From: an uncultured archaeon
GTDB taxonomy: Archaea > Aenigmatarchaeota > Aenigmatarchaeia > CAZXUR01
Length of the DNA: 64,000 nt
Direction of reading: 5' to 3'
Assembly: GCA_964644245.1 (NCBI GenBank)
Contig: CAZXUR010000002.1
Location: forward strand, 10,555-74,554
Positions 9,925 through 19,512 of this stretch are shown here, piece by piece. Each line of letters opens with the position of its first letter. The first letter of the stretch is position 1. A program made the translations under genes and the position numbers. The notes under the pieces are model-generated. The model saw only the letters and a list, made by a program, of their open reading frames with translations, was not told the origin of the DNA and searched no databases.

Positions 9925-11412
9925 CTACGTCCTCATCCTACTCCTGAGTTCTAAGAGCTCCTCTTTCGTTAGAACGCCTAAAAGTAATATCATAGATATA
10001 AAAATCGAAAATCCTATGGAAAGTGAAAAAATCGTTTCAAAGAAGATGTCAATGGTTAAAGTTTGTTTTAAAAAGGAGATGACCAAGAGGAAGATTAACC
10101 CAGAAAGAAATGTCTTGACCCAATCATCCCATGGGAATCTAATTCTCATAACTTTCCTCAATTCTAAAGAGGATAATAATAGAATTAAAAAGAAGGAACT
10201 GGATGTGGCGATTGCAGCTCCAACAAACCCATAAATAGGTATCAATAACAAATTGCCTAAAACATTTACAATAGCTGAAATCGAAGTAATTTTTGCGTTT
10301 AACCTAGGTTTGCCTATTCCAGATATTATGGCAAGGTTCAAATAAGCAATTGATATGAACACTCCGCCTAATGATAGGACTTGTAATGCTAAACCTGCTT
10401 TAGTATAGGACTCTCCAAAAAAAATGTTTATTACAGTTTGCGGAAAGGCTAAAATCAGCAGCGTAGGTGGAACTAAAATGAGTAAAAGGTACTTCAAGGC
10501 GTCCTCACATCCTCTAACTATTAAACTTTTTTTTCCAAGTGCCCACAGTTCTGATGTTATAGGAAGTACTACAGAGGAAAAAGCAATTGCAATAAACCAA
10601 ACCATTTTTCCAATTGGTTGTGCTGCACTGTAAAGGGCGACCGATTCAAGAGATGTCATAGCAGTAAGAAGTAGAATATCTGTGTGTGTGATTATCATGT
10701 CTGCTACTATTGTTACCATAGCAGGAAGGCCAAAAAATAAAATTTTCTTTATGAATGCCTTATCTATTTCAGTATTCGTTTTAAAAAAAATTGGAAATAC
10801 CCTCTTGAATAAAATAGGTATATATATCAAGGATATCATGAAAGAAGCAATTATAAATGCATATGTAGGTGAAAGGACTCCCAGACCCAAATCCAACAAG
10901 AACATGGATATTAGAAAAATCATAATGGTCCTTACTAAATTAACAGATGAATAAAGTCCCATTTTTTGAAATCCTTGGAAGGATTGTTGTAGTATATCGT
11001 TGATTGTAAATAGAAAAAAATAGATAGAAAATAATTTAATCAATAAAGATGAGATTGGTAGCTGAAAATAATTTAATGCAAGGAAATCAGAGCAAAGAAA
11101 AAGAATTCCAGATATAGCCCCTGCTAGCATTAACTCTATCAAGGAAACTAAAACTATTGTGGATTTAATCAATTTGTCTTTCCTTTTAACATTAAACTCT
11201 GATATGAATTTTACAATGGCAATTCCAAGTCCTAAATCTCGGAGGATAGCCAACATCCCCAATAAAGCCACTATAGAATAGAAAAGGCCAAACTCTTCCT
11301 GTGAGAGGCTCACTGCTAGCAATATTCTAAGCAAGAATGTAATCAATGCTCCTAAAATCAACATAGGAAAAACAACTGAAACCTTTTTTGAGGCTTTTGA
11401 CGTATAGCTCAT
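9925..11412 (-). CDS. Wzx/RfbX-type oligosaccharide flippase (MOP superfamily)
   Basis: 495 aa, about 12-14 TM helices, with the length and topology typical of polysaccharide-biosynthesis flippases. AT-rich, like the adjacent GT4 gene. Confidence 0.65.
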   Translation of the reverse strand: MSYTSKASKKVSVVFPMLILGALITFLLRILLAVSLSQEEFGLFYSIVALLGMLAILRDLGLGIAIVKFISEFNVKRKDKLIKSTIVLVSLIELMLAGAISGILFLCSDFLALNYFQLPISSLLIKLFSIYFFLFTINDILQQSFQGFQKMGLYSSVNLVRTIMIFLISMFLLDLGLGVLSPTYAFIIASFMISLIYIPILFKRVFPIFFKTNTEIDKAFIKKILFFGLPAMVTIVADMIITHTDILLLTAMTSLESVALYSAAQPIGKMVWFIAIAFSSVVLPITSELWALGKKSLIVRGCEDALKYLLLILVPPTLLILAFPQTVINIFFGESYTKAGLALQVLSLGGVFISIAYLNLAIISGIGKPRLNAKITSISAIVNVLGNLLLIPIYGFVGAAIATSSSFFLILLLSSLELRKVMRIRFPWDDWVKTFLSGLIFLLVISFLKQTLTIDIFFETIFSLSIGFSIFISMILLLGVLTKEELLELRSRMRT

Positions 11413-11462
11413 AGATTAGGTGAATATCAAAGGTTTAAATAAATGCCTTTTATACTTCAGAC

Positions 11463-13040
11463 ATGAAATGGCTTGTCTTGTCTTTGATGCTGTTCACATT
11501 CCTGGCAGCCGGATCGATAAGCAGGGACTACATAATGGATGAAGTAGACTTCTCGGACTCTGGAAGAGCAATAGCAGAGACGGGTATACCTCTCTTCTAC
11601 AGGAGTGAGGCTGTTCCTGAAGTCTACGGGCTTTGGCATCCTCCACTCATGATGTATCTGATAGGGATTTCTTTCCTGGCTTTGGGGCATAGCGAAGTCG
11701 CCGCAAGGTTGGTGCCTTTTGTCCTCTCTCTGGGTACGGTAATCTTGATATACCTTCTGGCTTTGAAACTGACTGAAAGAAAGGATGTTGCCGTCGTTTC
11801 ATGCCTGCTCTATGTCATCAATCCGTACGTCATCCAGAGCTCTCTACTTTTGGACATAGACGGTGGACTTCTCACTTTCGCAATAACACTGTTCTTCTAC
11901 CTCTACCTGACGTTGGGAAAAAACAGATTTATTGTATTGCCGTTAGCATTCGCATTCGTTCTCTGGTCCAAGCTCGGTTCTGCGCCACTCATAATTTTCG
12001 TACTTTTTTTATACTCCTACTTCAAAAAGGGTGATACCAAAGAGGTGTTTTTCTTTGCGATCATCGGTTCTGTTGTTTTCCTTCTGACATGGTTCGGGTT
12101 CTCCTACTTCATGGGACTGCCTTTCGAGGCGCCCTTCCACCACAACATAGGAATCATGAGGTTTTTCTATATGAACGAAATGGGACTACAGAAATATCTT
12201 CTAGAAATAGCCTATTGGGGGGTTAGAAACACCGTCTTCTGGATAACACCTTTCTTCGCTTTGTTGGTACTATATTCTTTGCACAAAAAAAAGACATTCA
12301 ACGAGATTTCGGTTCTCTCGCTCTACGCGGTCCTGGTGTTCCTTCAATACATAATATTGAGACCGGCAGCTTGGGGTTTTCCTAAGTACTACGCTCCCAT
12401 GATGCCCATATTTTCCATATTGATAGCAGAGATGATAGTATCCGAAGGTTACGTGGATTGGCTGAAGTCCAAAAAATCCGTGTTCATAGGAATACTGTCT
12501 GTGATGTACTTTTTCATTTTCCTCGGCGACCCGTTCTTCGCAAGTCCTGACAACTACACGCGTTTGCTACAAGCCGTTTTAAGGTCTATAATCTTCTTAA
12601 CACCCATAGCTCTCGCAACACTCTACTTCAGACTAGAGGAGAGATTGGATTGGACCAAGGCTTTTGTGTTTTCTTGCATCATACTCACGTTCTCCACTTC
12701 AGTATTCTTGTCTGCTGTCCAGTGGCAGGCTGACTATTCCACGTCTTACGCCTACGGAAGGACAGGAACCAAAGAAGTAGCAGAGTACGTTAAAGGGAAT
12801 GGAATCATCATCGCTCCGAAGGATGTGGTCTTCTATTCTGGGGAGAGGAACTTCGTACTAGATGAAATATACGATGACCCTGAGAAATTTTCAGAGATAG
12901 TGTCTGAACATGATATCGAATACATAGTCACCTGCGACGGATATATGTGCTGGGTCAATGAAGAAGTTCAGGAAATCGTCGATTCTCAGTACGATTTGAA
13001 GGAAAGGATAGGCACTTATAAGGTCTACAAAACACGATAG
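11463..13040 (+). CDS. GT-C membrane glycosyltransferase (GT39/GT83, PMT/ArnT-like)
   Basis: 525 aa and polytopic. N-terminal loop MDEVDFSDSGRAIAETG followed by LWHPPLMMYLIG. Confidence 0.65.
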   Translation: MKWLVLSLMLFTFLAAGSISRDYIMDEVDFSDSGRAIAETGIPLFYRSEAVPEVYGLWHPPLMMYLIGISFLALGHSEVAARLVPFVLSLGTVILIYLLALKLTERKDVAVVSCLLYVINPYVIQSSLLLDIDGGLLTFAITLFFYLYLTLGKNRFIVLPLAFAFVLWSKLGSAPLIIFVLFLYSYFKKGDTKEVFFFAIIGSVVFLLTWFGFSYFMGLPFEAPFHHNIGIMRFFYMNEMGLQKYLLEIAYWGVRNTVFWITPFFALLVLYSLHKKKTFNEISVLSLYAVLVFLQYIILRPAAWGFPKYYAPMMPIFSILIAEMIVSEGYVDWLKSKKSVFIGILSVMYFFIFLGDPFFASPDNYTRLLQAVLRSIIFLTPIALATLYFRLEERLDWTKAFVFSCIILTFSTSVFLSAVQWQADYSTSYAYGRTGTKEVAEYVKGNGIIIAPKDVVFYSGERNFVLDEIYDDPEKFSEIVSEHDIEYIVTCDGYMCWVNEEVQEIVDSQYDLKERIGTYKVYKTR

Positions 13041-14518
13041 AGCCAAACGACCGGTTTTCCTTTGTAATAAAACACCTCTTCTAGTTCGAATTCTTCTGGG
13101 TTTTCGATAGAATGTAAAAACTCCCCTAGCTTTGCTTCGTCTCGTTCATAAGCCCAGAAAATCTCGTCATCGATTCTGCCCATTGGAGAAGATGGTCTTG
13201 TTGGTCGGCGGGAAATGGTTGAAAGTAAAAACAGGTCGCCATTTCTTATGGGCTCTTCTATATTAACTATCCTCGAATCGAAAGTGTTTAACGTTTTTCT
13301 CTCCAAGGTCATCTTCAAGAAACCGTCTTCCACAGAAACGTTTCCCTCCAGCTGAACCACCTCTTTATCTATGTAGAACCTGTTCGGGAACAAGTAATCC
13401 GTGAACACCCTAGCATCGGAGGAGGTGTTCCCATTGATGTAGACGCCGACTTCTCTCCACGTCGTAAAGTCGATGTCCTCAGCAACAGCAGTGAAAGTTG
13501 TGACTGACATGAGGATGATGATAATTACAAGAAAGTATTTGCTCCGTCTCTCATCAATCTCAGATAAGAACACCGAAGCCGCGATGACAGCGAAAGGCAA
13601 CACAGGAAGGATGTGCCTCGGGTATATCCTTGCTTCTAACAATATTATAGAGCCCAGTAAGATGACCATCCAAGCGATTAAAGCATCCGGGTAATTTCTT
13701 TTGAAATAGAATCTGCGGGCCAGAAGTACGACTCCTGCAATGGCCAACAGAAATATGATTGGGGAAAGGCCCTCCAAAAGAATTTCTATTCTGTACGGCA
13801 AAGATGCCCTGAACGATACGAACAAAGATTGTATAAGTGTAAGGTAGACGAACCCTCTTCCCATGGAAAGCAAATCATATCCAGTCAGAATGACGATAAA
13901 GATTGTACAAAAAGAGACTGACTGCAAGACGATGTCTTTGACCCATTTGGTGAAATGGGTTTCTCCGCTTCTTAGAAAGAAAATCATATGATAGGGAACG
14001 AGTACTATCAGTGCATAGTACTTGGTTAAAAAAGCTAGCGATGCGAGAAATCCTGCCAATATTGGATATTTGTATCCTTTAACGTCAAAGCTGTATTCGG
14101 TCATCAGAATAGATGCCATGATGAAGAAGAGCATCATAACGTCCGTATAAGCGAAACGGCTGTATACAACATGGAGAGGCGTCAGTGTAAGCAATAGTGA
14201 TGCGATAATTGCGGTCTTTTCATCGAAATGTTTTTTCGTGAGCAGATAAACGACTAACACCGTCGAAACACCGAAGAAAACTTCCACCAGCCGCATGGAA
14301 AACTCGTTCAGCCCGAAGATTGATGTAAAGAAGACGTGTATGTACGTGGATACGGGAGGCTGGTCAAACATCTCCCAGGGGGTAGCTATCTCGCCTTCCA
14401 TGTAATTCTTGGTCAGATAGGAATGAATGCCTTCATCGAAGTAAAAAGCAGGCTGAGTAATATAAATTATTCTCAACAAAACTGCCAATATCAATATTGC
14501 AAGTAGTTTGTAGTTCAT
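13025..14518 (-). CDS. GT-C membrane glycosyltransferase (GT39/GT83, PMT/ArnT-like)
   Basis: 497 aa. Motifs PAFYFDEGIHSY and LTLTPLHVVYSRFAYTDV. Convergent 16-nt overlap with the previous gene. Confidence 0.65.
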   Translation of the reverse strand: MNYKLLAILILAVLLRIIYITQPAFYFDEGIHSYLTKNYMEGEIATPWEMFDQPPVSTYIHVFFTSIFGLNEFSMRLVEVFFGVSTVLVVYLLTKKHFDEKTAIIASLLLTLTPLHVVYSRFAYTDVMMLFFIMASILMTEYSFDVKGYKYPILAGFLASLAFLTKYYALIVLVPYHMIFFLRSGETHFTKWVKDIVLQSVSFCTIFIVILTGYDLLSMGRGFVYLTLIQSLFVSFRASLPYRIEILLEGLSPIIFLLAIAGVVLLARRFYFKRNYPDALIAWMVILLGSIILLEARIYPRHILPVLPFAVIAASVFLSEIDERRSKYFLVIIIILMSVTTFTAVAEDIDFTTWREVGVYINGNTSSDARVFTDYLFPNRFYIDKEVVQLEGNVSVEDGFLKMTLERKTLNTFDSRIVNIEEPIRNGDLFLLSTISRRPTRPSSPMGRIDDEIFWAYERDEAKLGEFLHSIENPEEFELEEVFYYKGKPVVWLYRVL

Positions 14519-14567
14519 ATATGACCCTTATGGAAAACTTTTAAATTGTTAAAACATAAGAGCGAAT

Positions 14568-15194
14568 ATGAATGTTAAGGGCTATTACAAGGGTCTGGAA
14601 TACGATTGGCTGAAGGCGAGAAAAGAGGGAAAAATCACGGACAGGCTCTACATCGACAGGAGATTGAAGTCGTTCACAGATGAAATCGACTTCAAGGGCA
14701 AAAAAGTACTTGACTTAGGTTGCAACACGGGAGTTTTCTCCTTCGACATAGAAAAGATGGGAGCGGAAGTGGTTGCCGGTGATATATCTAAACCGGCAAT
14801 AGAAAGAGCGATAGAATACGGGAAATCCCTGGGAAGCAAAGTAGAGTTCATGGTTTTGGACGCTGAGAAACTTCCTTTCAAGGAAAAGAAATTCGATGTA
14901 GTGCTGGCAACGGGCATATTGGAGCATGTAGAGAATCCGGAGAAAGTCGTAGAAGGCATATACAAATGTCTGAAGCCTGGGGGCAAGGTCATAGCTGAGG
15001 TACCGCACAGGTTCTCCCTTTGCAACATAGAACCAATACGCAGGTTGCTCAGCACAAGGACGGAGTTAGAGGCCGAGCCTTTTCACACTGTTTTTGATAA
15101 GGAGGGTTTAAGAGAACTCTTCAAGGACTTCAAGCTGATAAGAATCAAATATGGAGGTTTCTTGCAGGAGCTCTTTGGGATATTTAAGAAGTGA
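14568..15194 (+). CDS. Class I SAM-dependent methyltransferase
   Basis: 208 aa. Motif I VLDLGCNTGVFS, plus the post-I/II pattern VLATGILEHVENP...LKPGGKVI. Confidence 0.8.
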   Translation: MNVKGYYKGLEYDWLKARKEGKITDRLYIDRRLKSFTDEIDFKGKKVLDLGCNTGVFSFDIEKMGAEVVAGDISKPAIERAIEYGKSLGSKVEFMVLDAEKLPFKEKKFDVVLATGILEHVENPEKVVEGIYKCLKPGGKVIAEVPHRFSLCNIEPIRRLLSTRTELEAEPFHTVFDKEGLRELFKDFKLIRIKYGGFLQELFGIFKK

Positions 15195-15198
15195 TAGT

Positions 15199-16668
15199 AT
15201 GAGAAAGGACATAGTTTTGGTTCAACCCAAAGTCGGAAAATGGGACGCGCTAGCAACAAGGTTGCCAGAATCTCTACTAGCAATCGCCGCAATTCCTGAT
15301 CAGAAGGGATATCATGTCAAGATAATCGATCAGAGGACAGAAGAGGATTGGGAGAGGCAGTTGCTTTCATCCCTGAAAGACAAACCGATATGTGTGGGTA
15401 CTTCAACCATGACAGGAAAACAGATACACTATGCCTTACAGGTATCTGAACTGGTCAAGAAACACAGTGAAGCTCCTGTTGTGTGGGGAGGTATACACCC
15501 TACCCTTTTGCCCAAACAAACTCTAGAGAATGAGAACGTAGATATACTGGTGATGCGAGAAGGTGAGTTGACATTCATAGACCTGGTAAAAACGCTCGAA
15601 AAGGGAAAATCTTTAAAATCTGTAAAGGGTATTTACTACAAAGAAAATGGAAAAATCAAGAAGACTTCACCCCGACCCTTCATAAAGGACCTTGACTCAC
15701 TCCCCTTGCTCCCGTACCATCTTCTGGACCTAAAGAAGTATTCCACATTCGACCTCAGAGATAAACATGCTCTTACGTTCCTTACATCAAGAGGATGTCC
15801 ATTCAGATGCGGTTTTTGTCACAACGCCGTCACCAACAAGAGAATCTGGAGGGGTTTCTCGGCCGAGGAGACTGTGAGACGTCTCAAATACATGGTCGAT
15901 GAATTTGGCATAAGAGATTTTTTTATAGAGGATGACAACTTTTGTGGAAACATGAAAAGGTTCCGGGAAATCATCGATTTGTTGGTCAAGGAAGACATGG
16001 ACATATTCTGGGGGTCTCTCGGTGTTAGGGCTGATGCGATAGCTTCTATGGACAGAAAACTTCTGAAAAAAATGGTAAAAAGTGGGTGCAGAAACCTCGA
16101 CGTTGGCGCTGAATCCGGATCACAACGTATTCTTGATTTGTGCCAGAAAGACACCACGGTAGAAGAAATCAAAGCGGTTAACAGGAAAATCGCAGAATAT
16201 CCTATAATAATGAAATATACATTTATAGTCGGTTTTCCAACAGAAACTGACGGAGAGATTAAACAAAGTATCGATCTCGCGCTTGAACTGGTAAAGGACA
16301 ATAAAAAGGTTTACACGCCCTTCTTCATATACACACCGTACCCAGGGACGAAGATGTACAAATTCGCGATAGACCACGGGCTAGTACCCCCTAAAAGTCT
16401 GGAAAAATGGTCTGATTTTGACTTCGAGAACTGGTTCTGGAAGTATCCTTCATGGCTTGACAAGAGGAGGATAAAGATGTTGAGCAACCTTTATCATACT
16501 TCAATGCTCTATAACAAGAACATAAAATACAAGATAACAAGCCGTTACCTGAGGTGGTTGTTCGACCTATACCGACCTTTTGCAAAAATCAGATTTGAGA
16601 ACAACTTCTATCATTTTCAGATAGAGAGGCGACTTGAGGACCTGGTATTCAGGCTGTTCAGTCAGTGA
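15199..16668 (+). CDS. B12-binding-domain radical SAM protein (paralogue 2)
   Basis: Motif TSRGCPFRCGFCHN. I prefer the ATG at 15199 (MRKDIVLVQP), which lies 4 nt after the methyltransferase stop. Confidence 0.8.
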   Translation: MRKDIVLVQPKVGKWDALATRLPESLLAIAAIPDQKGYHVKIIDQRTEEDWERQLLSSLKDKPICVGTSTMTGKQIHYALQVSELVKKHSEAPVVWGGIHPTLLPKQTLENENVDILVMREGELTFIDLVKTLEKGKSLKSVKGIYYKENGKIKKTSPRPFIKDLDSLPLLPYHLLDLKKYSTFDLRDKHALTFLTSRGCPFRCGFCHNAVTNKRIWRGFSAEETVRRLKYMVDEFGIRDFFIEDDNFCGNMKRFREIIDLLVKEDMDIFWGSLGVRADAIASMDRKLLKKMVKSGCRNLDVGAESGSQRILDLCQKDTTVEEIKAVNRKIAEYPIIMKYTFIVGFPTETDGEIKQSIDLALELVKDNKKVYTPFFIYTPYPGTKMYKFAIDHGLVPPKSLEKWSDFDFENWFWKYPSWLDKRRIKMLSNLYHTSMLYNKNIKYKITSRYLRWLFDLYRPFAKIRFENNFYHFQIERRLEDLVFRLFSQ

Positions 16669-18160
16669 GGAGGTACTTGTACCTCACGTATTTCAATATT
16701 TCCTTCTTTAAATCAGCCGGTTTTTTCACAACATCTTTGAACATCGCAGTTAAGATTTTGGGATGCAAAGCTGAATACCTCAGCAGGTTCATAATCGATT
16801 GAGCCACCCACTTCCTTCTGAAATCTCCAGCTACTTTATTAAGATATTCAGGGTCGAACTGTTCGGTCTTTATGATTCCCCTGCCTTGGGTAGCCACAGA
16901 GAGTTTTTCCGGAGTTGGTTCGCAGGTGAAGAAGTCTTCCTTTTTGCATATATCGTAAAGTCTGGTACCTATGAGTGGTGTCGCAAAGAAAAGATAAGGA
17001 TAGACATCGTACCTTCTGTTAAGTCGCAGTGCGAAGTCTATGGTGTGTTTTATGTTTTGTTTTGTCTCTCCTGGGAAACCAATCACGTAAAAGGCGTCTA
17101 GGGGAAGTTCTATCTCTTTGCATATCTTGGCGATCTCTTCAACTTTTTTTAGGTCGAGGTTCTTTCCCACTATTTCGTCCAGGACTCTCTGGTCTCCTGA
17201 CTCCACACCGATTACAAGATATACGCATCCAGAATTCTTGACCTTTCTAAGTAGTTTTTTGTTGAGCGTATCAGCTCTGACACCGTTGGGAGTATCCCAT
17301 GTAATGTTAAGTTTTCTGATACCGTCAATTATCTCCTCGAATCTCTTTGGTTCCAGAGATATGTTATCGTCTTCAAAGTGTACGTGTCTCACATCGTACT
17401 CGTCTTTTAGGAATTTTAGATGTTTCAAGACGTATTTGGAGGAGTGGAAACGCCAGCGGTGACCCATATGAAGGTGTACAGAACAGAAGACACAGTTGTA
17501 CGGGCAACCCCTTGAGGTGACCATAGAGACTGCCCTCTCTGAACCTCGTATATCAATGGATGGTCTGGCTGGAAAATCTTTGTTAGCCTCAAAATAGTCC
17601 TCCATTTTGACCAAATGATAGGCGGGAAAGGGAAGCGAATCGAGGTCTTCGATGAAGTCGGGTCTGGGGTTGATTATCATCTTTCCTCCCTCCTTGTACC
17701 CGATGCCTTTCAGACTCCTTACAGAAATCCCTTTCTTCAGCCTCTTGACCAATTCCGGGAACACCAGCTCCCCCTCCCCCAAGACCACAAAATCCACAGA
17801 ATCCTCTTTTAGAAAATCCTTAGGTTTTATAGTCGCGTGGGGCCCTCCAATCATCGTCTTTGCCTTTGGGTCAATCTCCTTGACTAGTTCCGCGGTACTT
17901 ATAGTATTCTTGAGCTGAGAAGAGAAGCTACAGGTTATTCCTACTATATCAGACTCTCTTAATTTCTTCTTCATATCTTTCCAAGAGGTACCAAACTCTG
18001 TTCCTCCGTTTTTCCTTCGGACCTTCGTTTCTATCAGCGCATCGACTATCCTGGCGCCCTTCAGATTCGCAGCGATGTAAAGAAGACCGAGCGGCAAACC
18101 TACTATTGGTGGTTGTGAACCCTTGTAAAGTGTTTGTGGTGGTCTCACGAGAGTAATCAT
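16658..18160 (-). CDS. B12-binding-domain radical SAM protein (paralogue 3)
   Basis: 500 aa. Motif TSRGCPYNCVFCSV. It shares the DSLPFPAYHL segment with paralogues 1 and 2. Confidence 0.8.
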   Translation of the reverse strand: MITLVRPPQTLYKGSQPPIVGLPLGLLYIAANLKGARIVDALIETKVRRKNGGTEFGTSWKDMKKKLRESDIVGITCSFSSQLKNTISTAELVKEIDPKAKTMIGGPHATIKPKDFLKEDSVDFVVLGEGELVFPELVKRLKKGISVRSLKGIGYKEGGKMIINPRPDFIEDLDSLPFPAYHLVKMEDYFEANKDFPARPSIDIRGSERAVSMVTSRGCPYNCVFCSVHLHMGHRWRFHSSKYVLKHLKFLKDEYDVRHVHFEDDNISLEPKRFEEIIDGIRKLNITWDTPNGVRADTLNKKLLRKVKNSGCVYLVIGVESGDQRVLDEIVGKNLDLKKVEEIAKICKEIELPLDAFYVIGFPGETKQNIKHTIDFALRLNRRYDVYPYLFFATPLIGTRLYDICKKEDFFTCEPTPEKLSVATQGRGIIKTEQFDPEYLNKVAGDFRRKWVAQSIMNLLRYSALHPKILTAMFKDVVKKPADLKKEILKYVRYKYLLTD

Positions 18161-18241
18161 AAGTCTACTTACGAGAAATCCTTAAAAATCTATTTTAAAA
18201 ATTGCGGTTAAATTTATATTAAAAACAATCTTTTTAAGCCC

Positions 18242-19345
18242 TCATAGAAGAGTCTTGTATATTCTACAATACGCGTCTATGATTTTACTCCATTTCATCT
18301 GGAGTGCCCTTTGTCTCGGTTTTAAATTGTGTTTTCCTAACATTTTTTCCAGCCCCTTTTTGACTGACTTTACATTCGTATCAACTATCAGACCTCCTTC
18401 TCCCACGATTGCCCTAGGCCCGGGTCCGCCGCCGGCAAGCACGGGCACCCCGCAGGCCATCGCCTCCAAGAAGACCAGTCCCCAAGGCTCATTCTTACTG
18501 GGCATTGCGAACACCTCAGCTGCTCTGTAGATGTCAGGCAGGTCTTCGTTGGAAACCATACCAGTAAAGATGACCCTGTCCTTTACTCCCACATCAGTCA
18601 CCAACTTTTCTATTTTCTCCCTCTCAGCACCATCTCCGACGAGTATTAGTCTGAGGTCTTTATCTTCAATCTTTGCAAATGCCTTTACAAGCAAGTCTAC
18701 GTTCTTCTCTCTGGCAAACCTTCCCACATACAAGACTGCCCTTTTGATGCCTCTTTTCTTCTTAAAATCAGACCTGCCGGGGCTGAACTCTTTCGTATCT
18801 ACCCCTGCAAGTGGGACTATCTTGACTTTTTTATTGTCAACTCCCGTCTTTTCTATCAAGAAATCTCTGGCATCCTCATGGATGGCGGTCAGAGCGTCCG
18901 CATCTCTCACTATACGCCCTCCTATAGTCTTTTCCACGATTTTTGTGGCAGTCCTTAACAAAGGGTTTCTTGAGCTTCTGTACTCTTGGTGCGTCAACAC
19001 GAATGGGATGTCCTTCTTTTTGGCTGCAGAAAATGCAGACCAACTCACCTGATGTATGTACTCCTGGGTGTGAATCACGTCCAGGTCATCTTTCAGAATC
19101 TCTGACTTCAATCCTGGAACGTACGGTAAGAACTTCACCTCAAAGAGTGCAGGGAAACGCTTGATGGTCAGGTTACCGTGTTTTTCGGTTCTTGGTAACT
19201 TTTCGTCATCCTCCCTGAACCTCCAGGTCTTCCTGTCTGAAGCGTAGACAAAAACTCTATGCCTCTTTGAAAGTCCTCTTGCCAGATGTTCTTCAGTGAG
19301 ACCCAAACCCATTTCAAAGTAAGGGAACACTAATCCTATTCTCAT
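18242..19345 (-). CDS. Glycosyltransferase GT4
   Basis: Motif NEPWGLVFLEAMACGVPVLAGG. I prefer the ATG at 19345 (MRIGLVFPYF) over the track start at 19423. Confidence 0.8.
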   Translation of the reverse strand: MRIGLVFPYFEMGLGLTEEHLARGLSKRHRVFVYASDRKTWRFREDDEKLPRTEKHGNLTIKRFPALFEVKFLPYVPGLKSEILKDDLDVIHTQEYIHQVSWSAFSAAKKKDIPFVLTHQEYRSSRNPLLRTATKIVEKTIGGRIVRDADALTAIHEDARDFLIEKTGVDNKKVKIVPLAGVDTKEFSPGRSDFKKKRGIKRAVLYVGRFAREKNVDLLVKAFAKIEDKDLRLILVGDGAEREKIEKLVTDVGVKDRVIFTGMVSNEDLPDIYRAAEVFAMPSKNEPWGLVFLEAMACGVPVLAGGGPGPRAIVGEGGLIVDTNVKSVKKGLEKMLGKHNLKPRQRALQMKWSKIIDAYCRIYKTLL

Positions 19346-19368
19346 ACTAAAACTTGAGAGAAATGCTT

Positions 19369-19509
19369 TTAAGACTTTAAAGTTATCATCAGGGAGTAAA
19401 GTCCCTTGACCAGAAGCAGCCATCCCAAGTAACTGAGCGGTGGCTCAAGGCCTAATACTATGGCTACTCCTCCTATCACATCTATCACTGAAAAAAGTGT
19501 AAACAACAT
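19369..19509 (-). CDS. Possible 46-aa two-helix membrane peptide
   Basis: Below the track's size cut-off. My translation is MLFTLFSVIDVIGGVAIVLGLEPPLSYLGWLLLVKGLYSLMITLKS, ending in a stop 24 nt upstream of the GT4 ATG. Support comes only from the open frame and hydrophobicity. Confidence 0.3.
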   Translation of the reverse strand: MLFTLFSVIDVIGGVAIVLGLEPPLSYLGWLLLVKGLYSLMITLKS

Positions 19510-19512
19510 AAC

